Below are positions 12,017 to 28,686 of a stretch of DNA of 64,000 nt, piece after piece (the first letter of the stretch is position 1; every line of letters starts with the position of its first letter). Origin of the DNA: Eledone cirrhosa (Eukaryota); contig OZ024748.1 in NCBI GenBank assembly GCA_964016885.1, positions 1,674,001 to 1,738,000 on the forward strand. Direction: 5' to 3'. The notes below the pieces were generated by a model. That model had not been told where the DNA came from and did no database searches. It saw nothing but the letters and a program-made list of their open reading frames with translations. The position numbers were made by a program, and so were the translations under genes.

Positions 12017-13462
12017 ATATATATATATAGTTCAAGGAGACAAATATATATATATGATGATGATGATGATGATATATATACTCTTTCTAGTCTTAATTAG
12101 TAATGTCTTATTCATTATCATCATTTTGTCTCTTTTCCATACTTGTGTGGGTCAGATGTGTGTGTGTGTGTGTCTATGTGTGTGTGTGTGTCCTTCAACA
12201 TGCCCTGTATCAGCTGTCAACTTGACAGCTGAATTGCTAAGTTCAATAGATTTTTAATCCATCTAGTGTCATTTGGGCCAGCAGTGGTCGCATATGATAG
12301 TCATTGTTTCTATATCTAGTCTCTTCTAACAAGCACACACATACTAACACACTCTCTCTCTAATGTACATTTGTGTAAAGGTGAGTTTATTACTACCTCT
12401 TAACTGACGCTACTACTACTACTACTTTTTTCTTTGTCAGCCACAAAATAATATGGAATTGTTGATACCACAATAGTAAATACAACAGTATTTTCTATGC
12501 CTGCTTTTTATTGTAATTATGGACATGTCTGCATTGTATTATGTTTTATTACATTGCTTCTGACCCTTCTTTGAACTCCATGTATTTTATTTTTTATTTG
12601 TATTATTAACCAGTTTGTTGAAAGGTGGGTGTGAGTAGCAGGCTTGGTCCCTGCCATGTGCATACACCTGTAGATTGGAGAAAGAAAGACTGGGAGAGGG
12701 CACTTTGCCTTAGCTGACAGGGTGACTGTGGCTTTTGTGACCCTTAGAGGGCACGAGTGACCCTTAGAGTCTCCTCAACTTTGGGGAAGTTATGTTTGTT
12801 TGAAATGTTTATATTCTTAGTCTCTTTTATAAATTTTATTTTACACAAAGAAAACCTCACACTCCATCGTTCTGTAATGTTTCCTTAATGTGGCTAATAA
12901 AGAAATCATTATTTTCTCTGATGTCAACTTGGCTTTTTATATCCATGCCCAAGGTCATAAAAATTAGCATACCAGTCAAGTACTGGGTTCCATATAATCT
13001 AACACCCTCCAATGAACAAATTGTTGGATTTGCTCTAAAAAAATTCAAAAACAGGAAGCGTTATCATTGCTGAGGTCAACTTTGCCTTTCATCCTTACGG
13101 AGTCGATAAAATAAAGTACCAGTAATGTACTGGGGTCGATTTAATCGACTTTCTCCTCCCTGCTGGCCTTGTGCCTATATAAGAAACCATTATTATTATC
13201 AGTATCAGTAGAGCGTCTGACAACATGCTTTGCAGCATAGAGTTATGGCCTTTTACATTTTGAGATCAAATCCCGCTGAAGTTAGCTTTACTTTTCATCC
13301 TTACGGGGTCGATAAAACAAAGTACCAGTAATACACTGGGGTCGATTTAATAGACTTTCCCCTCCCTCAAATTGCTGGCCTTGTGCCTAAAGTAGAAATC
13401 ATTATTATTATTGTTGTTGTTTTACTCATCAATGAAGTTATCAGTAGAAATCTACTTTACAG

Positions 13463-13579
13463 GCAAAAGAAATAACCATGACTGTGGGCCAAGCATTCGA
13501 TTTGGCATACCGGAGATTTGTGGAGACAACTGGAAAAGATATTGATGTTCGCAAACAGTTTTTACTTCTACAGAAAAAG
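13463..13579 (+). CDS. GULP1: GULP1/CED-6 exon
   Basis: ag|[39 protein letters not shown]|gt; GQAFDLAY closes the PTB domain. Confidence 0.95.
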
Positions 13580-15060
13580 GTCTAAATATCTTTCTTGTTG
13601 TTATTGTTTGTTATTTATTATTTCAACTTATAGAAGGCAGTATCGGTAGAGGGTCGGACACCATGCTTTGCATCATAGAGTGATGGCCTTTTACGTTCTG
13701 AGTTCAAATCCTGCCGAGGTTAGCTTTGCCTTTCATCCTTACGGGGTCGATAAAATAAAGTACCAGTAATGTACTGAGTAATTGCTGGCCTTGTGCCAAA
13801 GGCAGAAACAATTATTATATCTTATTTACAGTCCACAACAGCTTTGAGGCGTATCGTGCAACATCAGAGGCTGTGTTAAATATTTTTTTAACCAGTTTCA
13901 TTACTCCCCTCACTGTTGTCACAGACTTAACCTTTAACATGCTGTAAGGATTTAGCAAAATCTCTAAAAATAGGTTTGTTAATTCAAATGTTTATAGTAT
14001 TTTTGCTGTAGGCCTGGTAGGCCTACACAGGCAGTCATCAGGAAGATGACCCCCCCTCCCCCCTGGCCAACGGATCCCTGTGCTTAAGCACAATGGTAAA
14101 TCCAGCACTGGTTCTTAGTTCTGACAGCCAGTTACAGTAAGATGATAGAACTGTGGTCCCTATCATTAAAACACTAAAGAAATGTGATGCAGCCCTGTTA
14201 GAGACAAGTGAAACCTACATAAGTGTCAACTGTAACAAGAAATTTCTTTATAATCATTGTTACTAAGCTATTATTTTAGTATCTTTCATGAGGAAAATCA
14301 ATGTTTATTGAGAATAAATTAACACTATTGATACCAAAACTGCCTGAAATTGCCCCTGGTTCTATGGTTCAAAACTGTTTATTTTAAAGTATTTATATTT
14401 ATTTTTAAAATCTTTCATTGTAATTTTATGTAAGAAAATTTAAATTACACTCTAAAGACTAGCTTAATCATGAGAAAATTATGTTACTAAAATTCTTGAT
14501 TATTTTCAAAATTATTTGAAAACCACAGGCAGTAGTAGAAGTATGAGAATAAAAAGTTTAAATCTATAGGCTTGTTTAGTTCTCAATGAAACAAGCGTTG
14601 GCCTCATTTTTAAAAGGAAAATATGTGATTTACTTGTTTGACTGATATAAGTATAATTTCTGTAGTAAACATCTTACTATTGAGGTGATCATGTAAAGTG
14701 TAATTATTTATGGTGCAACATTTCACTGAATGATTTCTCTACTCTACTTTCTTATAGTTTATTTAAATAGGTTATATTTCATAACTGAGTGACTCTTTCT
14801 GTTGGTTTACTCAATCATGTGTGACCTTACTGAGGTTCGTATGTGTTTGGGATATATTTATAGACACTTTACATGGATATTTATTACAGTTTCATGTTTG
14901 GTACAGGACATGTTTTTTGTTTTAAATCTATTTATAAATAAATAATTTAAATTTCTCTATCATTACCATATTTCTAATGAATGACACTGCCTATAACATT
15001 TTCATTATTAAGTTGGTGTTTAGAATTTAATTTAATAGAGGTTCTTACATATTATGTGCA

Positions 15061-15320
15061 GGCGTGGTAAGGGTGTTGGACTTATGATCGTCATGTCATG
15101 GGTTTGATTCTTGAACTGGGTTCTGTGTTGTGTTCTTGAGCAAAACACTTCATTTCATGTTGCTCCTGTATACTCAGCTGAAAACAAGTACCAGCAATAG
15201 TACTGCGATGGACTGGCATCCTGTCCAGGGAGGAGTCTTGTACTGTCAGTCACTTCCCACCATGGAAACCGGGATAAGCATCAACCTGATGAGCCTCTGA
15301 GCTCAAGACAGACTTGAGAC
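15061..15320 (+). mobile_element. tRNA-derived SINE, third family
   Basis: tRNA-like head, central gcgatggactggcatcctgtccaggg and ggaaaccgggataagc motifs, T-rich end. Confidence 0.6.
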
Positions 15321-15505
15321 TTTTTTTTTAGACTTACATATTATAGAAAGGTTTTTAGATAAATATAAACACATTAAAATAGAAAGTTTGTTGCATCCTC
15401 AACAAAATTAAAGAGTACTGTTTATACTGTCTCTAATTGATTGCTAAGCATTTTACAGTGTATTGGGAGCATTTATTAATTTTGTTTTTGTTTATCTTTT
15501 ATTAG

Positions 15506-15610
15506 GTGAACACTTTACAACAGGAAAATGAAACTTTAAAAAAGAGGATTTCAGACCTGGAAAATCTCAAAGACAAATCAGATGTTGATTTCTACAAAAG
15601 TGCTAACAAC
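15506..15610 (+). CDS. GULP1: GULP1/CED-6 exon (leucine zipper/coiled coil)
   Basis: ag|VNTLQQENETLKKRISDLENLKDKSDVDFYKSANN|gt. Confidence 0.88.
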
Positions 15611-15669
15611 GTAAGAAAATCTATTAAAGTAGTTATATTTATTTAGGTTATTGTATTTATATTACAGTT

Positions 15670-15975
15670 TGATAATGATAATGAAAATTGTGTACAGTGC
15701 TAGGGTGCACTACAACTCATGAAAGGTGCATGTATAGTACATAGAATAATGTACAAATGTCAGGAAAGTGAACAGTGTATGAGCACAGATCATGCGAGCA
15801 TGTGAATGGAGGATTAATATCAGGTGTAGTATTGGTGAATTTCGGGAAGTTTTGAAGGATGCAATGTCCCAGCAGCTAACAACAGATGCAGGTAGTTTGT
15901 TCCATGCTTCAGCAAATCTGAGCGTGAAAAAATGTTTCTGAAAGTTATGGGAGCTGTGCTGTTTTCCAAGACAAA
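15670..15975 (-). mobile_element. CR1-like LINE 3' fragment
   Basis: Minus-strand HFFTLRFAEAWNKLPASVV matches the 3' end of the element at 36290-37620. Confidence 0.85.
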
Positions 15976-17129
15976 ACCATCTTTTGTCTAGCATTAACCC
16001 CCTTTTTTCCTCATTATTCAGCTATATATTCCATTGCATGTTTTATACCTCTAGCTTGAGCCACCTTTAGGTGGGTGAATTGGCAGTCATTAACTTGCGA
16101 TATTTGTTCTGGGTCTTGGTGCTCTCGATTTAAATCCCATTCAGGTCAACTTTAACTTTAATTTTTCTTGGGGTGAAGGGTTGTGGTTGATAAATAAAGT
16201 ACCAGTTGTGAGCAATGTGATTGGCAGAATTGTTAGAGCATCAGGTGGGATGTCTTGAAGTATCTGTTCCAGCTCTGTGCATTCTGAGTTCAAATAGTGT
16301 CTCTTGTCACATCAAATATGGTAACATGATAGGACTGGAGCCGCTATCATGGAAACATCCCAAAAGCTTATGGGATGCAATATCATTTGAGGTTTCTCAG
16401 AAGTGTTTTAGACAAATCAAATATTTAACCCTTTAGTATTTACATTACTCTATATATACTATTATATTTTCACAGTAAAGGCTTTACCTCACATAATATC
16501 GAATCCATGAGATTTTGATATTATTTATTTTGAAAACAATACCTTAACATCACTATGAGTGGCTGGTTACAACCAGTTTGAATGGAAAGAGGTGAGAGAA
16601 TTCTGGCCTGATACAGCCGGTTTAAATACTAAAGGGTTAAGAAATTGTTCAATTTTCTTTTTTTTTTAAAAAATTAATTTAGAACTGTTTTTGGTTACAT
16701 CTAAGAGGATGCCAAATAAATCTATACAGGTGTGAACCATATCAATAACAACACCTTTTGTTCATTTTATTGACATTTCTCCATTGTATTTAATTTATCT
16801 GGCATTATTGCTGCCTGGGCACACTTTATAAGAATTAATCTTTTATTTCACACCTGGTCATTTATGACAGGTTGCCAGGTGTGGAATTTTAGTGTTAATT
16901 CATACAGAATAATTGTGACCTGTCCAAACTTGGTGGCAGTTTTAAAGCAAAATATCAAATTGAACCTTTCATTATCATATTTTCAATGAAATACAAGTCT
17001 GCATGTTTCAATTAATGTTGGAAATAAGAGAAAATTTGAAGGAATTTAGTAAAATAAATGTTCATTAAGTTTGTTATATATATATATATATACATATATA
17101 TACAGTATTACTTTCCCACGTACATATAT

Positions 17130-17560
17130 ATCATCATCATCATCACCGTTTTACGTCCGTTCTTCCACGCTAGCATGGGTTAGACGGGTTGTCCTGTTGT
17201 GGGCAGTGTCTGGTCGGCTGACCATGCCTTGCTCATACAGGAACTGATTTGGCTTGATTTCTACAGCTGGATGCCCTTCCTAACACCAACCTCATTTACA
17301 GTGAGTGCTGGGTGCTTTTTTGTGGCGCCTACACGTCCACTTTACAGTGTGGGCTGGGTGCTTTTTTTTTTTTGCTGTGGCACCTCCACGACCACCTTGC
17401 GGTGGGGGGTTTGACGGCATATTGTCTATATGCTTCAGCTTGTACCCATGGGAGGTCGGGTACTCTGTATTACTGCGTGACACCAGAAGTCACGGTCGTG
17501 TGTCATTGCCTTTGAGAGGTGTAATTGGGTAAGGTCGGCTTTTATCACCTCATCTGATTG
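17130..17560 (-). mobile_element. RTE LINE 3' end
   Basis: Minus strand DEVIKADLTQLHLSKAMTHDRDFW resembles 52400-52497; followed by the shared tail and (gat)n. Confidence 0.75.
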
Positions 17561-17565
17561 CGGAT

Positions 17566-18381
17566 TTGGTACGGGTGATGAGAAACGTGTCCCGCATGTG
17601 CAACCCCAAAGAACTAGAGAGACACATACAACACTTCATCCACCGTATGCAATTCTCTGGCTACAATCAGAGAGATAAAATCAGAGTGTATAGAGGAGCC
17701 AGAACCAAATGGGAAAAAATGGTAAATAATGACATAAATGGGACCTGCCCCTTGTATAGGAGCAAATTTTGGAATAGAATAGAAAGAACTAGGAACAAGG
17801 CTAATAGAATAAACTCATGGTATGATAGCAATAAATACCAGAGTGTAATGTTCATCGATACAACCCCTAGAGGTGAATTAGCTTACAAATTTAGAAGGGC
17901 CCTAAATAAACATAAACTCAATATTAAGATAGTAGAAAGACCAGGTACCTCCGTAAAAACACTTATTAGCAAGACATACCCTTTTCAAAGACCCTCATGT
18001 ATAGATGAGAAATGTATAACCTGTAAAATAAGCCCCCATATTAACTGTAAAACTAGAAATGTAGTGTATAGCATAAGATGTACTGAAGGACAATGTAGAG
18101 ACAAAAATATAGTGTACATAGGTGAGACAGCTCGTAGTGTAGGGGAACGGATAAATGAACACTGGCGAGACCTTCAAGATAGTAAAGAATCATCTGTACT
18201 CTACCAACATGCTAAAATAGAACACAAGGGTAAATTAGAGAACATAGAAATAAAAATAGAATCTACACACAGAAAAGACGCAATGTTTAGACAAATTACA
18301 GAGGCATTAAACATAAAAGAATTACAACCAAAATTAAATAGAAAATATGAGTGGAACAGCAACATCACAACTTACAATTAA
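17566..18381 (+). mobile_element. 5'-truncated Penelope-like element: RT C-terminus, linker and GIY-YIG endonuclease (open frame)
   Basis: 271-aa ORF with ELERHIQHF...SGY, CxxxxCxxC, NVVYSIRC...YIGETARSVGERINEH, H...H and EALNI...PKLN. Confidence 0.92.
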
Positions 18382-18578
18382 GGACAAAATGAAAACACAC
18401 ACACACATAGAACAAACAACCAATCAGTAACATGTAAATAAACAAATAAATAAATGAACATAAACACACACAGACACCCGGATGTGGCGCATGCGAAGAC
18501 TGAGCACACAACACACACAAACAAAATGGCGTTGGACAGAACAAAGGAGAGGCACAGAAACAAAGAAAGGAATCCCCA

Positions 18579-18621
18579 GTCACTGAAGAGGTCACAGAGT
18601 GTGTGACGAAAGAACTATGAC
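18579..18621 (+). ncRNA. Minimal type I hammerhead in the Penelope-like 3' region
   Basis: gtca-CTGAAGA-G-gtcaca gagtg tgtgac-GAAA-gaac-TA-tgac; ~200 nt after the GIY-YIG stop. Confidence 0.75.
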
Positions 18622-18828
18622 AATATATAAACAACTATCTGGTTGTGGAACCAACCAACCAACCAGAAATTTATAAATTTATTATAAATTTATTATAATA
18701 AATTGAAGTGAAAGCAACTGGTGCGTGTGTTTCTTATTGGCAACATGACCCTCCCAAAGTATAACAATATCGGTTTCAACACACGATTTCAGATAAAGAA
18801 TCTTGCTAAACAAATTCAGAAACGAAAT

Positions 18829-22924
<4,096 letters not shown>

Positions 22925-23084
22925 CGTTATTCCGGGTTGAATCGGAGGTAACCACAGTAAGTAAGGTACTCAATACATAGCAGAGTATAACAGTTTTAAT
23001 ATAGATGAGATTCTACAGGACTAGAACTGTTTCATTCATTAGAAATCATCAGGAATCACCTGGAGATTCACCAGGAATCACCAG

Positions 23085-23137
23085 GAGATTCCTGATGATT
23101 TCTAATGAATGAAACAGTTCTAGTCCTGTAGAATCTC
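23085..23137 (+). ncRNA. Type I hammerhead-like motif, right arm of fold-back 22999-23145 (mirror copy on - strand)
   Basis: gagattc-CTGATGA-tttctaatgaat-GAAA-cag ttctagtc ctg-TA-gaatctc; 7-bp stem I; U-U at base of stem II. Confidence 0.72.
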
Positions 23138-23138
23138 A

Positions 23139-23139
<1 letters not shown>

Positions 23140-23179
<40 letters not shown>

Positions 23180-23230
23180 GTATCTATATATATATGTATG
23201 TATATATATGTATCTATATATATATGTATG

Positions 23231-23263
<33 letters not shown>

Positions 23264-23334
23264 ATATATATGTATATATATGTATGTATATATATATGTA
23301 TATATATATATATATGTATGTATGTATGTATGTG

Positions 23335-23367
<33 letters not shown>

Positions 23368-23760
23368 GTATATATATATGTATATGTATATATGTATATA
23401 TATATATGTATGTATATATATATGTATATATATGTATGTATATATATATATATGTATGTATATATATATGTATATATATATATGTATGTATATATATATG
23501 TATATATATATGTATGTATATATATATATATATGTATATATATATGTATGTATATATATACATACATATACATACATACATACATATATATGTATATATA
23601 TACATACATATTATGTATGTATATATATATGTATGTATATATGTATGTATGTATGTATGTATATATATATGTATGTATATATGTATGTATATATATATGT
23701 ATGTATATATGTATGTATATATATATGTATGTATATATGTATGTATATATGTATATGTAT
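23140..23760. repeat. (TA)n/(TATG)n microsatellite
   Basis: Direct reading. Confidence 0.95.
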
Positions 23761-24368
23761 GTCAGGTCACCAGTTGGTGCTAATGGTGACATGTATCCCA
23801 GTACAACCTGTGCCATGGTCGGGTCGTTGGCGACTAAACTGGCAACCCCACCCAGGTTTCTTGGTGAGGAGGGTGACTTTGGACATCCTGCAGGACTAAA
23901 AACAAAACCTGTCAAAGGGCAAAGGAGCTCTTAAGAGTCAATGGCCATCCAAAATCACCGGGAGAGATGACCCCTTAGCCTTTGTCAAGGCAGAATTCTA
24001 GGAGAAGGAAAACTCTGATATAACACCTGCAACTCTGATGGTATCCAATGATGTTGACTTGTTCTTCTTTTTGGTAAATATCATCTTGGTTAAGAGAGTG
24101 GGACTGGCTTTGTGCAGTGCCTTTGCTCACTATAAAAGCTTCACGGCACAGGCATTGCTTTATATCTGGAGATCTCCCTGCACTTGTCGTCACATGGTAC
24201 CATGGGCCCAGCACTAAGTGTCAATAATTGTCACAGGTGTAGTGTTTGTACCAGAGTTTTCAAGTCGCTGGCTGGACTAAAAAGTCACACTCGTTCAGCG
24301 CATCGGTAGGGGTTCTCCTACATGGATATAAAGTAGTGGCCGTACTCGAAAACGAGTTGGCAGCCACC

Positions 24369-24370
<2 letters not shown>
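23761..24370 (+). mobile_element. Internally deleted RTE-like retroelement (5'-UTR-like head joined to C-terminal zinc finger and 3' end)
   Basis: ggcgactaaa and ggagaaggaaaactctgat 5'-UTR-like motifs; 24202-24309 reads MGPALSVNNCHRCSVCTRVFKSLAGLKSHTRSAHR*; terminal hairpin ctcgaaaacgag. Confidence 0.6.
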
Positions 24371-24412
<42 letters not shown>

Positions 24413-24471
24413 AATATTAAAAAAATAATGAATAAAACAATGAAACAGTTCCTTATATTAAACAAAAAAAG

Positions 24472-24614
24472 TTCATTATTTAACGATCGTTTCTAGGACA
24501 TATATGTGTTAGAATTGGCATGCATATTCAAAAGATCTATGTACAAAATTATACAAACTATCAAAGAGAATATACATACCAACACATATATATGCTGTCT
24601 TCAGAAATAATGAA
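24472..24614 (-). ncRNA. Type I hammerhead-like motif with ~104-nt stem II
   Basis: Minus strand ttcattattt-CTGAAGA-[104 nt]-GAAA-cgatcg-TT-aaataatgaa; 10-bp stem I, palindrome ACGATCGT. Confidence 0.75.
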
Positions 24615-26585
24615 GTATATTTATTGATAATAACAACAATTCAAAATTACAGGTCTGTTTGGGAACAGATTTTAAATAGACCAATGAAATACATAAAAAT
24701 TCATCAAGAAAATACAGTTAGGTGTGTGTATATATGCAAGTAACTTCGTTCACAGATATGCATAAAAATGTATGTTCACATGCATACGCATGTCGAAAAA
24801 GTGTATGTAAATATAAAAATTCAGGGCTAATGTCTCTGTATGTTTATAATCCACAGACAAAATATACATACATATACATACATATATACACACATATATA
24901 CACACATATACATACATTCATACACACACACGCATATATACATAAACACACACATTAGAAATTTATAGAGTTTCAAATTATTCTATATATATATGTGTGT
25001 GTGTGTGCTCATATCTTGTGCTGAAATTTACTATAGAGATCAATTAAATAAGTATCAGGTTAGGAAAAAACAATGTACATACTGGGGTTGATGTGATCGA
25101 CCAGATCCCTTAAATGTAACTCCCCACCCTGACCAGGGTCTAATAATGACTGAAATCAGTGAAAGAATAAAAGTACAGTTGCTGTGACTTTCTTTATTCA
25201 GTGGATGTTGACATAGTTGCCTATAAATATCAGATATTTATATAATAATCCATGACAATGGATCTATTAAACTGATATAAAATTCAATAAGAAATATTCA
25301 TTTAATTAGATAATTGATGAAAAATCTATGGAATTTATTGTGATTATATATTGTTCGTATTTTTATTGATTTTTTTTATTGATTTTTTAAAATTGTTTGC
25401 ATGGCTTAGCATGTTTGTTGTTGTTGTTGCAATGTAGCTTTGTTTTGTTGTGTTTTTGTTTTTTGTTATTATTGAAGAGTTGAGGTTGTACTGGAATTAC
25501 ATCTGTAAACTCAGCTTTCTCTGCACACACAAGTAGTCAGATGGCTTAGTGGTTAGGGTGTTGGGCTGATAATCACGAAGTTGTGAGTTTGATTTTCAGA
25601 CCAGGCCGTGCATTCTGTCCTTTTATTTCACATCGTCCCTGTCAACTCAGCTGGAGAAAAATAATTTATAATGAAACTAGTGCCAAGCTGTAGCAGCCCT
25701 TTGCTTTTTCCATGGGCAACATGACTAACTGCTAAACATGGGTGACTGCAGGTCTTTCACAAAACCACTTTGTCCAGGTTTGTAAACCCATGGTCAGTAA
25801 TGACTGTTGGGGTGATATTTTAGCACCAGCTGCAGTGAGAAAGGACTTAGTTAACATTCTTTAAATGTCTTTTCATAATTAAATAAACAACCGAATATAA
25901 AAAAAATTGGACTTCAGTTTGTTCAACCTTGCTCCTTGACTGGCTCCTTCATATTGCTTCTTCTGTTTAGTATAATAGTAGTAAATCTAGTTATAATTCT
26001 GAAGGATATATATTTAAAATATTGATGGTTTCATAATAGTTAGTATGTCTGTGAGGACGGTGGATTGGCAGAATCGTTGGAGCATTGGACAAAATGATTT
26101 GCAGAATTTAGTTACGGCCTTTTATGTTCTGAGTTCAAACCTTCCCCAAGATCAACTTTGCCTTTCATTCTTTGGAGGTTGATAAAATAAACTACTAACC
26201 ATGTAGTGGGGTTAATGCAATCAACTCCCCAGTTTTTACAACTGAATACTCCTCCCGACACTAACATTTTCAATGTTAAGTGACCCGCAGGGATACAGTG
26301 TACCTATTCTAAACTGGATACACACAGTCATGTAAACATATAAATTTTACCCTTCAATTGTTTAGTAAAAGCTTAAAACAACTGGAGACTGAATTTAAAA
26401 AAGAATCTCTAGCAAAGAATAAATATGCTTTCTGATTTAGGCACAAGGCCAACAGATTTGGGGAGGGAAAGTCGATTAAATTGACTCCGATGCATTACTG
26501 TAAGAATTAAAGGCAAAGCTATCCTAAGCAGAATGTAAAGGGGTGTAACTATATGCTGCAAGGCATGTTGTCTGATGCTTTACCG

Positions 26586-26770
26586 CAGTGATTCCCAAAG
26601 TGGGTTTTGCAGAACCCAAGGGTTCCACAAGGGAGTATCTGGGGTTACATGAAAAAAGGTAGAGAAGTATATCTATATTACTACCATATAACAATATTAG
26701 ACTTTAGGGTTCCCCCAAAAGTTTCTGAACCAAAAAGGGTTCCGTGTTTGAAAAATTTTGGGAAACCCTG
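26586..26770. mobile_element. hAT-type MITE inserted in a family-2 SINE
   Basis: TIRs CAGTGATTCCCAAA / TTTGGGAAACCCTG; 8-bp TSD ctttaccg/ctctaccg. Confidence 0.85.
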
Positions 26771-26894
26771 CTCTACCGATACTGCCAATCCACTGCCCTG
26801 AGCAAAAAATAAATATGAAGAAAATCTTCCATGAAATGTAGTTTTCCTGTAAACTAGTCACTAATTCAGTGATCTGAAATCCTCCAACTCACAG

Positions 26895-27068
26895 ATTATG
26901 CACTTGAATGTCGTGGAAACTGTTTCCATACCTACAGATGTCACCACAAACTCTGATGACATGATGCAGCTGACAATGGGTTCTGTTTCTCCTCCATGTC
27001 ACATGATTTCCGCTTCACCAACAGATCTTTTCGCACCGTCTTCACCTCTAAATACTGCACCAAAGGAG
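26895..27068 (+). CDS. GULP1: GULP1/CED-6 exon (Ser/Pro-rich region)
   Basis: cag|IMHLNVVETVSIP...NTAPKE|gt, 174 nt, phase 0. Confidence 0.7.
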
Positions 27069-27657
27069 GTAATTTTATAAAACAAACCAGCTTCAAATTA
27101 CTAATTAATTAAGTATAAATTTTTAATGACATGGTTGCTCTTAATAATAAATATTTTGCTTTCTTTCTAACAAACTTTTAAATTAAAAACAAAACAAAAA
27201 AATAGTTATGTTTACTAAATTATTAATATAACTATCACATTTAATAATAATAATAATAATGAAATTATTGTGTAAAGTGCTCAGGTGCACTACACATTTC
27301 TTGGAAAAGGTTTTGGGGTAATTATATACATGCATATACACACATATATACACACATATACATATGTATGTATATGTGTGCGTGTGTGTGTGTGTACATA
27401 TATATATATATATATATCATCATTTTATCATTTTACGTCCGCTTTTCCCTGCTTGCAAGGACACACACATATATATATATATATATCATCATCATCACCA
27501 TTTAATGTTCATTCTACCACTCTAGCATGGGTTAAACAAATTGTCAGATTAGATGACCGTGTCTTGCTCATACAGAACTGTTTCTGGCTCAGTTTCTATG
27601 GCTGGGTGCTCTTTATCATGGCACTGAAACAACCAACTAGCAGAGTGTACTTGATAC

Positions 27658-27712
<55 letters not shown>

Positions 27713-28481
27713 CTAGCGTCTGAAATGTTAAGAGCCTCTTCCTGCTATTTCAAGTGTTAAACTAATATATTCCTTCCATATACTGTACCGATTGTGTTAT
27801 TTCTGTTTACCTTTTACACACAAACACACATATTTATATATATATATATATATATACTCTGATATAGACCCACTTCAGTACTGACTTGGTCTGTGAAAAC
27901 CTGTCCAACCCTTGCTAGCAGAGAAAGTGAACGTTAAATAATGATGATGATGATATACACACAAGAAGTTATACTATATAATCACCATATACAAAACTCA
28001 GTGCCAATGCCAAACATGCTATCTTTAAGATAGCATGTTCAATAATACATTAGTAATAACAGAGGATATTGCTTCTATGGTTCTGCTTCTTTTTATGTCT
28101 CAAACAGCTTACAACTAATCTTTCTAACATGTCTATAATATTTCTTATATATATCATCATCATCATCATTTTATGTCCACTTTTCCCTGCTTGCAAGGGT
28201 GCGACGGGAACTGATTGTGGCTTGATTTCTACAGCTGGATGCCCTTCCTAACACCAACCTCATTTACAGTGAGTGCTGGGTGGTTTTTGCCGTGGCACCT
28301 ACACGACCACTTTGCAGTGGAATGATAGGGACCTCGGTCCCTATCATCTCATTTCTACAGCTGAGTAAACTGGAGCAATGTGAAATAAAGTGTCTTGCTC
28401 AAGGAAACAACACATCACCCTCAGAATTGAACTCACAACCTTTCGATTGCAAGGCCAATGCTCTAACCACTAAGCCATGTG

Positions 28482-28659
<178 letters not shown>

Positions 28660-28686
28660 AATATATAAGAACCGTAGAGCAAATAT

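Noticed and set aside
15286-15320. CTGATGAG-cc..gctc hammerhead-like half
   Set aside because: No GAAA box or stems I/III; part of a SINE tail
18715-18828. TA-associated repeat (also ~7960-8060 and ~39085-39115) containing gaaac-cgatattg-tt
   Set aside because: No recognisable CUGANGA box, so a ribozyme call is unsupported
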